Shown: positions 17,897-26,384 of the stretch, in pieces | Numbering within the stretch: the stretch's first letter is position 1 | Layout of the letters: every line of letters begins with the position of its first letter | From: Betaproteobacteria bacterium | GTDB lineage: Bacteria > Pseudomonadota > Gammaproteobacteria > Burkholderiales > Rhodocyclaceae | NCBI GenBank assembly: GCA_947478755.1 | Contig: CANJXH010000001.1 | Location: forward strand, 1-59,178 | Length of the DNA stretch: 59,178 nt | Direction: 5' to 3' | Made by a program: the position numbers and the translations under genes | The notes under the pieces: generated by a model | The model's input: the letters and a program-made list of their open reading frames with translations, nothing else | Told to the model about the DNA's origin: nothing | The model's database searches: none

Positions 17897-19521
17897 ACCC
17901 GGCCTTTCTCTCCATCGGCGGCATGAAAACGGCCCGCAACAGGAGTGGCAACTTCAAGCTTCACGGTGGTTTGCTGTGTCGGATACACGGTGAGTCCGAC
18001 GCCGACACCGGTCAGGCTGTCCCAGGCATCCTTGAACCCCGGCGCCTTGTAGATAACCCGCCCGACATCGGCAAAAACGGACAATGATGCGGCCCGCGAA
18101 GCAATCGTCAGGCGGCGGCGAAACTCCAGCGTGCCTTGTGCTCCCGAGTCGCCGCGCAGTTCCGAAGCGCGATAAGCGCGAACACTGCCCGGGCCACCGA
18201 TCGAAAACTTTTCGCTGTCAGGCAGGCGGTCATTGCTGAAAACCAGATTGCCGCGCAGGTAGACATCCCACTGCCGGTCAAGCGGTTGCAAGGTGCTACC
18301 GTCAAGTTCGACGCGCAACATCTCGGCATCCTGCTTGAGTCCATTCGAGTTCTTCTTGAGATTGCTGGCAAGCTGGATCGAGCCGTTGTTGGCCGAAGAA
18401 TCCTCTTCCACGCTGTTGAACTGGTAACCCACCGTGGCGATGCGAAACCGTGTACTTGAAATGATGGTCTTGAAGGCACGCTGCTCAAGCTGGGTGTCAC
18501 GGTAACCGATGGTCCAGGTGTCATTGCGACCGCGACTGCGCACCAGCGGAAACAGCAGGCCGACTTCCGCATTCTTTGCCAGGCCGTCCAGCCCCAGTGC
18601 GGCGAACACGCCGGACACGTCATAACGGACTTCCGACACGCTGGCAGTAAAGCGCAGGCCGTCGTGATTGACCGGCAGGCTGTAGCCAAGTTTCTGGTAC
18701 CGCATCAGGCGCTTGTCCGTGGCCATTCCACGCACGTTCAACTGGTCGCCGATGCCGAGCGGATTGTTGATATCCAGGCTGGCATCTGCGCGTGTGCGTC
18801 CCGTTTCCTTGCGGCCGGCATTGTCGACATTGAGGTTGAGGTTGAACAAGCTCTCTTCAAGTTTGACCAGGATGTCTGAAGCGCCGAACTCGTTGCCGGG
18901 CACCATGGTGGCGCGAGCCTTCAGCCCCGGCAGATCATTCAGCAGCAGCAGGCTTCTTTCCAGCTTGTCGGTAGTGACCAGGCTCCCCGTCGTGAGTGGA
19001 CGCATGTAGTCCCGCAACAACGTTGCGTCGTAACGCTTTTGCCCGGAGAACAGCACATTGCCGGCACGCCCTTCGACGACGGCGATGGTGACTGCGCCAT
19101 CTTCCACTTTTTGTGCCGGAATCACTGCGCGCGCCAGGTTGTAGCCACGATCGTGATAAAACTCCGTGACGGCATCGGCAGCGACATTGAGGTCGTAGAG
19201 ATTGAGTTCAAGGTCGACAAAACGTTCGACCACCCGCTTCAGGCGTTGTGCGGTAAAAGCGGTGTTGCCGACAAAGCGGAAGGCATGCACTTGAAAGCGC
19301 TTGCCGCGACGATCATGAATGGCCTGTCCGGGTTGGTCCGGCAGGATGATCTGTGCCGGGTTGTTTGCACGGTTGCGCTCTGCAGGCACGAGGCCGCGCA
19401 CGCTGCCCGGGGTGGGCGGAACATCGGCGGCAAGGGCGACACCCGTCACCTGCAACAGTAGCCAGACGGCACTGCAACGGTTGAAAAAACGGACAGCGGA
19501 GCTCGGGGTGGGAAGCCTCAC
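17869..19521 (-). CDS. TpsB outer-membrane transporter (ShlB/FhaC/HecB family)
   Basis: POTRA region (FRFVGNTAF, FYHDRGYNLARAVIPAQ...VVEG), LLLLNDLPG, FSIGGPGSVRAY motif, C-terminal Phe. Confidence 0.93.
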   Translation of the reverse strand: MRLPTPSSAVRFFNRCSAVWLLLQVTGVALAADVPPTPGSVRGLVPAERNRANNPAQIILPDQPGQAIHDRRGKRFQVHAFRFVGNTAFTAQRLKRVVERFVDLELNLYDLNVAADAVTEFYHDRGYNLARAVIPAQKVEDGAVTIAVVEGRAGNVLFSGQKRYDATLLRDYMRPLTTGSLVTTDKLERSLLLLNDLPGLKARATMVPGNEFGASDILVKLEESLFNLNLNVDNAGRKETGRTRADASLDINNPLGIGDQLNVRGMATDKRLMRYQKLGYSLPVNHDGLRFTASVSEVRYDVSGVFAALGLDGLAKNAEVGLLFPLVRSRGRNDTWTIGYRDTQLEQRAFKTIISSTRFRIATVGYQFNSVEEDSSANNGSIQLASNLKKNSNGLKQDAEMLRVELDGSTLQPLDRQWDVYLRGNLVFSNDRLPDSEKFSIGGPGSVRAYRASELRGDSGAQGTLEFRRRLTIASRAASLSVFADVGRVIYKAPGFKDAWDSLTGVGVGLTVYPTQQTTVKLEVATPVAGRFHAADGEKGRVWASISASF

Positions 19522-19715
19522 GTTTGGCGCTTTTTATTGGCTTTGCAAGCCGGAAAGTCATTCTACCCAATACCGCCTCTGTGAAGCCGATTGTCAAAGC
19601 GCGGCAAGCGGTCAAAGGCTAACCGGCGTCTGTGTGAATTGCTACCGAACGCAGCTTTCAGGCTTGCGTTATCATGCCCCCAACATTCCCTAGTCCGGCT
19701 CAGAGTTTGACAATC

Positions 19716-20174
19716 ATGACCAACGATCTGGCGGCTGAATTCGAACAACGATTTCCTGCAGTGGCAGCCGAGCTTGGCCCGGACAATCTTGCACGCCTGC
19801 TGTCCGCTTGCTCCATTGTCAACCTGCCGCCGCGACGAAAGCTGTTTCGTGATGGCATGCCGGTCGATTCGCTTTACCTGGTGCTGGAAGGCGAGATGGC
19901 GGCCTCGCTCGAAGACAGTGGCAGGACCCTGGAACTCGGCCGGATCAAGCCGGGCGATTGGCTTGGCGAGGTGTCAGTGCTGAGTGGTGAAATGCAGGCC
20001 AGTTCGACGGTGACCACGATTACTCCTTGTCGCGCCCTGAAGATTCACGCACAGGATTTCGAACGTCTGGTGATTCACGACGAAGACATTGCCTATGCGC
20101 TGCTTGGACAACTGGTAGAGCTTCTCGCCGAACGTCTGCGCGAGTCGATTGCGACAGCGGAAAAACTTCACTGA
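19716..20174 (+). CDS. Stand-alone cyclic-nucleotide-binding (CAP_ED) domain protein
   Basis: LFRDG..DSLYLVLEG...PGDWLGEVS...STVTT..CRALKI fold pattern; no HTH. Confidence 0.85.
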   Translation: MTNDLAAEFEQRFPAVAAELGPDNLARLLSACSIVNLPPRRKLFRDGMPVDSLYLVLEGEMAASLEDSGRTLELGRIKPGDWLGEVSVLSGEMQASSTVTTITPCRALKIHAQDFERLVIHDEDIAYALLGQLVELLAERLRESIATAEKLH

Positions 20175-20175
20175 C

Positions 20176-20676
20176 ATGGAACTGAAAACCTTCCTGCATG
20201 CGTTACCGGCCTTCGAGCGTTTCAGTGATCGTCAACTGGATGTGCTCGTTGCCAATCTCCAGATTGAGGAGTTTGCCGCCGGTGGCCAGTTGATCACGCA
20301 GGAGGAACAAGGACGGGCGATGTACATCCTTCTGTCCGGTGCAGTCAGAAGTTCCCGGGTCGATTCCGTTGGCGATACCGACATGGAGCCGGTTGATGTG
20401 CGTGATGGAGAGGTATTCGGCCTGTTGTCCCTCGTCGAAAACATGCCGGCGCCTGAAAGCTGCATCGCCGTCGGAGCGGTCAGTGTTGCTGCGCTGACGC
20501 CGGTGCGCTACCACTCGCTGTTTCTGCTTGCTCCCGGCATGGCACGCCAGCTGCAGTACATGGTCGCGGTGCAACTGGCGCGCGAACTGCAGATAAAGAA
20601 CAAATCCCTGCGCAAGGGCATGGCCCTTGGCAAGCGCCCGTCATTTCTGGAACGTCTGCTCGGCGTATCGAGCTGA
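20176..20676 (+). CDS. Second stand-alone cyclic-nucleotide-binding domain protein
   Basis: LPAFERFS...LITQEEQGRAMYILLSGAV...DGEVFGLLSL pattern; no HTH. Confidence 0.82.
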   Translation: MELKTFLHALPAFERFSDRQLDVLVANLQIEEFAAGGQLITQEEQGRAMYILLSGAVRSSRVDSVGDTDMEPVDVRDGEVFGLLSLVENMPAPESCIAVGAVSVAALTPVRYHSLFLLAPGMARQLQYMVAVQLARELQIKNKSLRKGMALGKRPSFLERLLGVSS

Positions 20677-20683
20677 TCGCCGC

Positions 20684-21313
20684 ATGCTGCCGGGCCTCGA
20701 ACAGTTGCTGGTGCAATGCGCACCGCAGGTTGCCCCGGATACCATGATGGCCATCATCCGGGTCGAGTCCGGCGGCAATCCGCACGCCATCAATGTCAAT
20801 GGCAGCCAGCGCCTCGCCCGTCAGCCGACAAGCCGGCAGGAAGCCATCGGATGGGCTTCGTGGTTGATTGCGCGGGAATATTCGGTGGACATGGGTCTGG
20901 CACAGGTCAATTCCGGCAATCTGCAACGCCTGGGGGTTGGTGCGGCCCAGATGTTCGAGCCTTGCGACAACATCAAGGCCGGCGCGCGGATACTCTCGGA
21001 AAACTATGCAGGCGCAAGCAAGCGTTACGGTACCGGACAGAATGCCTTGCGGGCGGCCATTTCGGCGTACAACACCGGCAACTACCAGGGTGGATTCGCC
21101 AATGGCTATGTCGCCAAGGTTGACGCCAGTGCGGCGGCAGCGAGCAATGGCATCGCCCCGCCCCTGATTGCCAATCGACATCAGGCTGCATCTGACGCAG
21201 GCCGGCGAAAACAGGACGCCGAGCAGCGGGTGTTCGTGTATGGCCACGGTGGCGAGTATCAGGGCCTGCCGCGAGCGCAAGGAGAACCGCTGGTGACACA
21301 GGTCAGGCGCTAG
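20684..21313 (+). CDS. VirB1-like lytic transglycosylase (SLT)
   Basis: CAPQVAPDTMMAIIRVESGGNP (catalytic ES), SVDMGLAQVNS.N, FEPCDNIKAGARIL, ALRAAISAYNTG...GFANGYV, all VirB1 hallmarks. Confidence 0.88.
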   Translation: MLPGLEQLLVQCAPQVAPDTMMAIIRVESGGNPHAINVNGSQRLARQPTSRQEAIGWASWLIAREYSVDMGLAQVNSGNLQRLGVGAAQMFEPCDNIKAGARILSENYAGASKRYGTGQNALRAAISAYNTGNYQGGFANGYVAKVDASAAAASNGIAPPLIANRHQAASDAGRRKQDAEQRVFVYGHGGEYQGLPRAQGEPLVTQVRR

Positions 21314-21315
21314 TC

Positions 21316-22536
21316 TTATTGATAGCGCAATGCCTCGATCGGATCGAGTTGCGCTGCCTTCCTTGCCGGATAGAAACCGAAGAAGATGCCGACTGCGGCA
21401 GCGACGCCAAAGGCGATCAGTACCGATATGCCGGTGATGATGACCATGGTACCGGTCAGCACATTTACCAGAAGTGCGCCGCCAACGCCGATCAGCAGGC
21501 CGATGAAGCAGCCGACCACTGAAATGATGATGGCCTCAAGCAGGAATTGCAGCAGGATGTCCCGCTCACGTGCGCCCAGCGCCATGCGTATCCCGATTTC
21601 GCGAGTGCGTTCGGTGACCGAAACCAGCATGATGTTCATGATGCCGATACCCCCCACCAACAAGGAAATTGATGCGATCGCACCCAGCAGCATTGACATC
21701 ACCCGGGTGGTCGCGGCAGCAGCGTTGGCCATGGCCGTCATGTTGCGCACCGTGAAATCGTCGTCCTGCCCGTCACGGATGCGGTGACGCTGGCGCAGCA
21801 GCGTGTTCATGGCCTTTTCTGCAGACGCCATCACTTCTGCTGACGTTGCCTGCACGTTGATGAATCGCACGGAGCCCTGGAACTGTGTGCCGAACACCTT
21901 TCGTTGCGCGGTAGTGAGCGGCATCAGGATGGTGTCGTCCTGGTCTCTGCCATCAAGGCTTTGGCCTTTTGTACCTAGCACACCGACCACGACAAAGGGG
22001 CTGTTGCGTACCCGTATGGTTTTGCCGACCGGGTCTTCGTCGCCGAACAGGTTGGTGGCGACGGTCTTGCCGATCAGCGCGACCCGCGTTGCCGAGCGCA
22101 GGTCAGAGTCCGCAAAGGGAAAACCTTCGGTTACCGGCCAGTCGCGCACGTCCAGATAGGCGGGTGTGGTGCCAAACGCCGAGGTGCTCCAGTTGTTGCT
22201 GCCGTAGACCAGTTGCGCCGAACCCGGATGCACCGGTGCCACGGTCAAGATTCCGGGAAGCTCGGCGATCGCATCCGCATCCGCGATGGTGAGCGTGGGT
22301 GCTGCGCCGCCGCCCATGCGTACCCCGCCAGCCGTCGTCGAACCGGAAAGCACGATGAACATGTTGGAGCCCATCGATTCGATCGACGCCTTTACCGACT
22401 GCTGGGCACCCTGACCAATGGCCATCATCAGCACTACGGCGGCAACGCCGATCATCATGCCCAGCATGGTGAGGAAGGTACGCAGCTTGTTCGCCAGCAT
22501 GGCGATCCACGCCTGGCTGAGCAGGGTGGCTAGCAT
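21316..22536 (-). CDS. MacB-type ABC transporter permease
   Basis: NKLRTFLTMLG, VGGIGIMNIMLVSVTERTREIGIR, PARKAAQLDPIEALRY. Confidence 0.93.
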   Translation of the reverse strand: MLATLLSQAWIAMLANKLRTFLTMLGMMIGVAAVVLMMAIGQGAQQSVKASIESMGSNMFIVLSGSTTAGGVRMGGGAAPTLTIADADAIAELPGILTVAPVHPGSAQLVYGSNNWSTSAFGTTPAYLDVRDWPVTEGFPFADSDLRSATRVALIGKTVATNLFGDEDPVGKTIRVRNSPFVVVGVLGTKGQSLDGRDQDDTILMPLTTAQRKVFGTQFQGSVRFINVQATSAEVMASAEKAMNTLLRQRHRIRDGQDDDFTVRNMTAMANAAAATTRVMSMLLGAIASISLLVGGIGIMNIMLVSVTERTREIGIRMALGARERDILLQFLLEAIIISVVGCFIGLLIGVGGALLVNVLTGTMVIITGISVLIAFGVAAAVGIFFGFYPARKAAQLDPIEALRYQ

Positions 22537-23243
22537 GGCTCTGCCACGGCCAGCGACATATCCCGGTCGTGGCCACCATCATGGACAATCAATCCGTCCT
22601 TGAAGCGCACCAGGCGCTTTGCGTGGGCGGCGACATCGGGTTCATGCGTGACCAGCACGATGGTGATGCCTTCCTGATTGAGTGCTTCGAACAAGGCCAT
22701 GATCTCTTCGCTGGTTTGGCTGTCGAGATTGCCGGTTGGTTCATCGGCGAGGATCAGCCGGGGCTTGTTCACCAGTGCGCGGGCGATGGCCACCCGTTGC
22801 TGCTGGCCGCCTGAAATGCGGTTGGGCAGGGATTTGGCATATTTGCCGAGGCCGACTTTTTCCAGTTGTTCCTGCGCGGCGCGGCTGCGCTCCTGCTTGC
22901 CAACACGAGAGTAGACCAGCGGCAGCGCGACATTGTCTTCAAGGTTGATACGGGGCAACAGGTTGAAGCCCTGGAACACAAAGCCGATTGTCCGATTGCG
23001 TACCAGGGCAAGCTGGTCCCGGCCCATGGCCGCAACATGATTGCCATCCAGCACGTATTCGCCTGCGCTGGGCTTGTCGAGACAGCCGAGGATGTTCATG
23101 AACGTCGATTTGCCGGAACCGGACGGCCCCATGATCGCGACGAATTCACCCGGCGCGATGTCAAGATCGACACCCTTGAGCGCTGGGAAAAGCCCCGCGG
23201 CTGTCTCGTAGGACTTGGTGAGCCCCTTGACGTGGATCAGCAT
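22530..23243 (-). CDS. MacB/LolD-type ABC ATP-binding protein
   Basis: [35 protein letters not shown]. Confidence 0.93.
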   Translation of the reverse strand: MLIHVKGLTKSYETAAGLFPALKGVDLDIAPGEFVAIMGPSGSGKSTFMNILGCLDKPSAGEYVLDGNHVAAMGRDQLALVRNRTIGFVFQGFNLLPRINLEDNVALPLVYSRVGKQERSRAAQEQLEKVGLGKYAKSLPNRISGGQQQRVAIARALVNKPRLILADEPTGNLDSQTSEEIMALFEALNQEGITIVLVTHEPDVAAHAKRLVRFKDGLIVHDGGHDRDMSLAVAEPC

Positions 23244-23252
23244 TGGCTTGAC

Positions 23253-24422
23253 TCAGAACATCCGCATGCGCGGACCGGTGCTGACGCTGTTGTCCGTCGT
23301 CGGCAAGTTTTCACTGATGATGACCGTATCGCCCGGCTTGATGTCGCCCGACACGATCTCGGTATCGCGGTTGTCGGTGATGCCGATCTTGACGGTGACG
23401 GCTCTCGGTTTGTCATTGTCCAGCACATAGACCGTTCCGGTCCCGGGTTCACGTTTTTTCTTCTGTTTCTCGCCGGGCTTGCCGGTCTTGAATGTACCCG
23501 ACTCGGAAGGCTTGAAGCGCAAGGCGGCGTTGGGAACGGTCATTGCGCTCTCACGCTGGTCCACGGTGATGTTTACGTAGGCGGTCATCCCGGGCAGCAG
23601 GATTTTTTCCGGATTGTCGACAGCGACCACGACGTCATACGTGACGACATTCGATTGCGTGGTCGGGTTGAGCCGGATCTGCCTCACGCTGCCCTTGAAG
23701 TTGCGGCTGGGAAAGGCGTCCACAGTAAAGCGCACCGACTGGCCTACCTTGATCAGGCCGATGTCGGCTTCGGCGAAGCTCGAGTCAATCTGCATCTTGG
23801 ACAAATCCTGCGCGATCTTGAACAAGGTCGGCGTCTGGAAACTGGCAGCGACGGTCTGGCCGACATCGATCTGACGGTCGATTACGACACCGGACACCGG
23901 CGAACGAATCACCGAATAATCGAGATTGGCCCGATCCTTTCGCGTCAGTGACTGAAACTGCTCGACCTGCGCCTGTGCAGACTTGCGGGTTTGGGTGGCG
24001 GAGTCGAGATCCTGCTTCGATGCATACTCCTGCGCCAGCAGGCTCTTCATGCGGTTCTCGTTGGCCACGGCCAACTCCAGCGAGGCGCGTGCACTTTTCA
24101 GCGAGGCTTCGCTTTGCCCCAGTTGCGAACTGAGCACGACATCATCCAGCTCTGCCATGACCTGGCCTTTCTCGACATGGTCATTGAAATCGACGTGCAG
24201 TTTCTTGACCGTACCCGAGACCTGTGTGCCGACGCTGACCAGGATCACGGGATTCAATGTGCCATTGGCGGCAACACTCTGGGTGATGTCCTCTCGGTCG
24301 ACGACCTGGGTCTTGTAGCGCGCTTCTGCGGCTTCGGTGCCGGCGCGGTATTTCCATACGACACCAAGGGCGACGACGAGCAAGGTCACCAGTAACAGGG
24401 ATTTCTTGGACAGGATTTTCAT
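23253..24422 (-). CDS. MacA-like periplasmic adaptor
   Basis: VGTQVSG, IRSPVSGVV, GQTVAASFQTPTLF, EADIG membrane-fusion-protein motifs. Confidence 0.92.
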   Translation of the reverse strand: MKILSKKSLLLVTLLVVALGVVWKYRAGTEAAEARYKTQVVDREDITQSVAANGTLNPVILVSVGTQVSGTVKKLHVDFNDHVEKGQVMAELDDVVLSSQLGQSEASLKSARASLELAVANENRMKSLLAQEYASKQDLDSATQTRKSAQAQVEQFQSLTRKDRANLDYSVIRSPVSGVVIDRQIDVGQTVAASFQTPTLFKIAQDLSKMQIDSSFAEADIGLIKVGQSVRFTVDAFPSRNFKGSVRQIRLNPTTQSNVVTYDVVVAVDNPEKILLPGMTAYVNITVDQRESAMTVPNAALRFKPSESGTFKTGKPGEKQKKKREPGTGTVYVLDNDKPRAVTVKIGITDNRDTEIVSGDIKPGDTVIISENLPTTDNSVSTGPRMRMF

Positions 24423-25846
24423 GGTGTTTTTGCATCCGACAGTGACTCGATCAATCCGCGATCCAGCGAGCCCATGGCCTTCGCAAGGGATACGCGTGTG
24501 ACATTCCAGTTGTACAAGGCCTGTACTCTCTGTTGACGCGCGCTGGCGAGGGCACTTTGCGCGTTCAGTACATCAAGAATGCTGCCCATGCCCGCCTTGT
24601 AACGCCCCAAAGCCATGCGCTGTGACTGCTCGGCACTGGCAAGCAGGTCGGCGCTGCTGCGGATGGTCTGGGTCGCAGTGGATAGCGCCTGATAGTTGTT
24701 CCATACATCCAGGCCTACCTGCAGTCTGATTGCTTCGCTTTGCGCGGTATTTGCCTGCGCCTGCGCCTCGGCAGCGCGGATTTTGTAGGTGGTGTCGAAA
24801 CCTGAAAACAGCGGGATATTGAGCGTCAAACCCAGTGCGGTGCTTTTGGCGTCCGGCAACCCGCCACTGCGAACGTCACCACCACTGAGGCCCAGCGACA
24901 CGCTCGGGCGACCGCTGGCACGTGCAACGTTGACGGCGGCTTGTGCAGCACGGGCGCGAGCTTCCGCAGCCAGCAGGTCGGGGCGCCGCCGCATTGCCTC
25001 ATCAATCAGCTGCCTGATGTTGGCATCAAATTCGGCAGGTGCCGGCATGTCGCCTGTTGCCGCCAATTGCACGTCACTCGCCGCATTCAATCCCATCACG
25101 TTGGCGAGTGTGCCGCGGGCGGTTTGCAGATTGCCATCTGCGCTGATGCGATTCAGCAGGGCCTGCGAATGCGCGGTCTGTGCCTGCAGCTTGTCGGCTG
25201 GCGTGGCAACACCTACCTTGTATCGTGCATCGGCGGCGTTCAGACTTTCCAGCGCTGCCTTTTCGGCTTCCGCCGCTGCCGCGCCTGCCGCCTCGCTTGC
25301 CTGCAACTGGTAGTAGGCCTTCACCGCGTTCAGGAACAGGGCCTGTACCGTGGCATCCTGAGTCGCATTGGCGGCTGTCAGCAACTCCATCGCATTGGTC
25401 ATGCTTGCCTCGCGACCGCCAAAGTCGTAAAGCAGCCAGGACAGCGACAGATCGTAGTTGCGCTGATTGCGATCGACAGGTGCCAACAGGGTACCGCCAC
25501 GATTTTTATTGCGGCTTGCCGACAGGGAAGCGTCGAGACTGGGCAAGTACGCAGCTTTGGCACGGCCGACGTTGGTCGCTTGCGCGCGCGCGTTGGCCCA
25601 GACCTCTCGCGTTTGCGGGTTGCCGCAAAGGGCGCGATTGACGACGTCGGTCAGGAAAAAGGGTGCCGCGCCAGGCGCAGAGCAGGGCTGCAACTCGCCG
25701 TCTTCCGAGGGCGCCAACGCGGTTGGCGGTTTCAGCAGATCGGCAGTCGAGAAGGGATCATTCAGCCCCGCTGCCCCTGCCGGACTGACAAAATTGGCGC
25801 AGAATGTGACGCAAATTGCGGCATTAATTAACGGACGTATCAACAT
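24419..25846 (-). CDS. TolC-family outer-membrane efflux protein
   Basis: Signal peptide; two OEP repeats (YLPSLD...LYDFGGR; RYKAGMGSILDVLNAQ). Confidence 0.92.
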   Translation of the reverse strand: MLIRPLINAAICVTFCANFVSPAGAAGLNDPFSTADLLKPPTALAPSEDGELQPCSAPGAAPFFLTDVVNRALCGNPQTREVWANARAQATNVGRAKAAYLPSLDASLSASRNKNRGGTLLAPVDRNQRNYDLSLSWLLYDFGGREASMTNAMELLTAANATQDATVQALFLNAVKAYYQLQASEAAGAAAAEAEKAALESLNAADARYKVGVATPADKLQAQTAHSQALLNRISADGNLQTARGTLANVMGLNAASDVQLAATGDMPAPAEFDANIRQLIDEAMRRRPDLLAAEARARAAQAAVNVARASGRPSVSLGLSGGDVRSGGLPDAKSTALGLTLNIPLFSGFDTTYKIRAAEAQAQANTAQSEAIRLQVGLDVWNNYQALSTATQTIRSSADLLASAEQSQRMALGRYKAGMGSILDVLNAQSALASARQQRVQALYNWNVTRVSLAKAMGSLDRGLIESLSDAKTP

Positions 25847-25946
25847 GACAGTAGTGTAATGGCCTCCCGCTCGGCTGTAAGCACTGTTTTGTTACCGTTA
25901 GTTAGCCTTGCTGTTTCAACCACTGGAGCACGATACATTCAAGGTC

Positions 25947-26384
25947 ATGAAGTCTGCCAAATGCCCACTTTGCAATGATGCCGGAGGAGAAATCCTGTTT
26001 GAGGATGTCCTTTGCCGCGTCATTCTGGTGGGTGGCGACGAGGGCAGGGCTTTCCCCGGCTTTTGTCGGGTCATCTGGAACCATCACCAAAGCGAAATGA
26101 GCGACATGTCGGCCAGCGAGCAGCGCCACCTGTTCAATATCGTCATGGCAACCGAGCGCGCCGTCCGCGACGTGCAGCAACCGGACAAGATGAATATTGC
26201 CAGTCTTGGCAACGTGGTTCCGCATGTGCACTGGCATGTCATCCCGAGATGGGAAGACGACAGCCATTTCCCCGGGCCGATATGGGCTGCGGTACAACGA
26301 CAGGGGGCATTGCGTGGTGAGGTCGACGTTGGCGCTTTGCGGCGACAGCTCGTAAGACAACTGGACGCAGGAGACATCAGCTGA
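25947..26384 (+). CDS. HIT family protein
   Basis: CPLC N-terminus; LGNVVPHVHWHVIPR histidine triad. Confidence 0.9.
   Translation: MKSAKCPLCNDAGGEILFEDVLCRVILVGGDEGRAFPGFCRVIWNHHQSEMSDMSASEQRHLFNIVMATERAVRDVQQPDKMNIASLGNVVPHVHWHVIPRWEDDSHFPGPIWAAVQRQGALRGEVDVGALRRQLVRQLDAGDIS

Noticed and set aside
19522-19715. CRP sites in the tpsB/cNMP spacer
   Set aside because: TGTGA half-sites are present but lack a matching TCACA at 6-bp spacing.
21316-25846. MacAB-TolC exporter as part of the TPS/VirB1 module
   Set aside because: An ordinary four-gene exporter, convergent on the SLT gene; nothing links it beyond adjacency.
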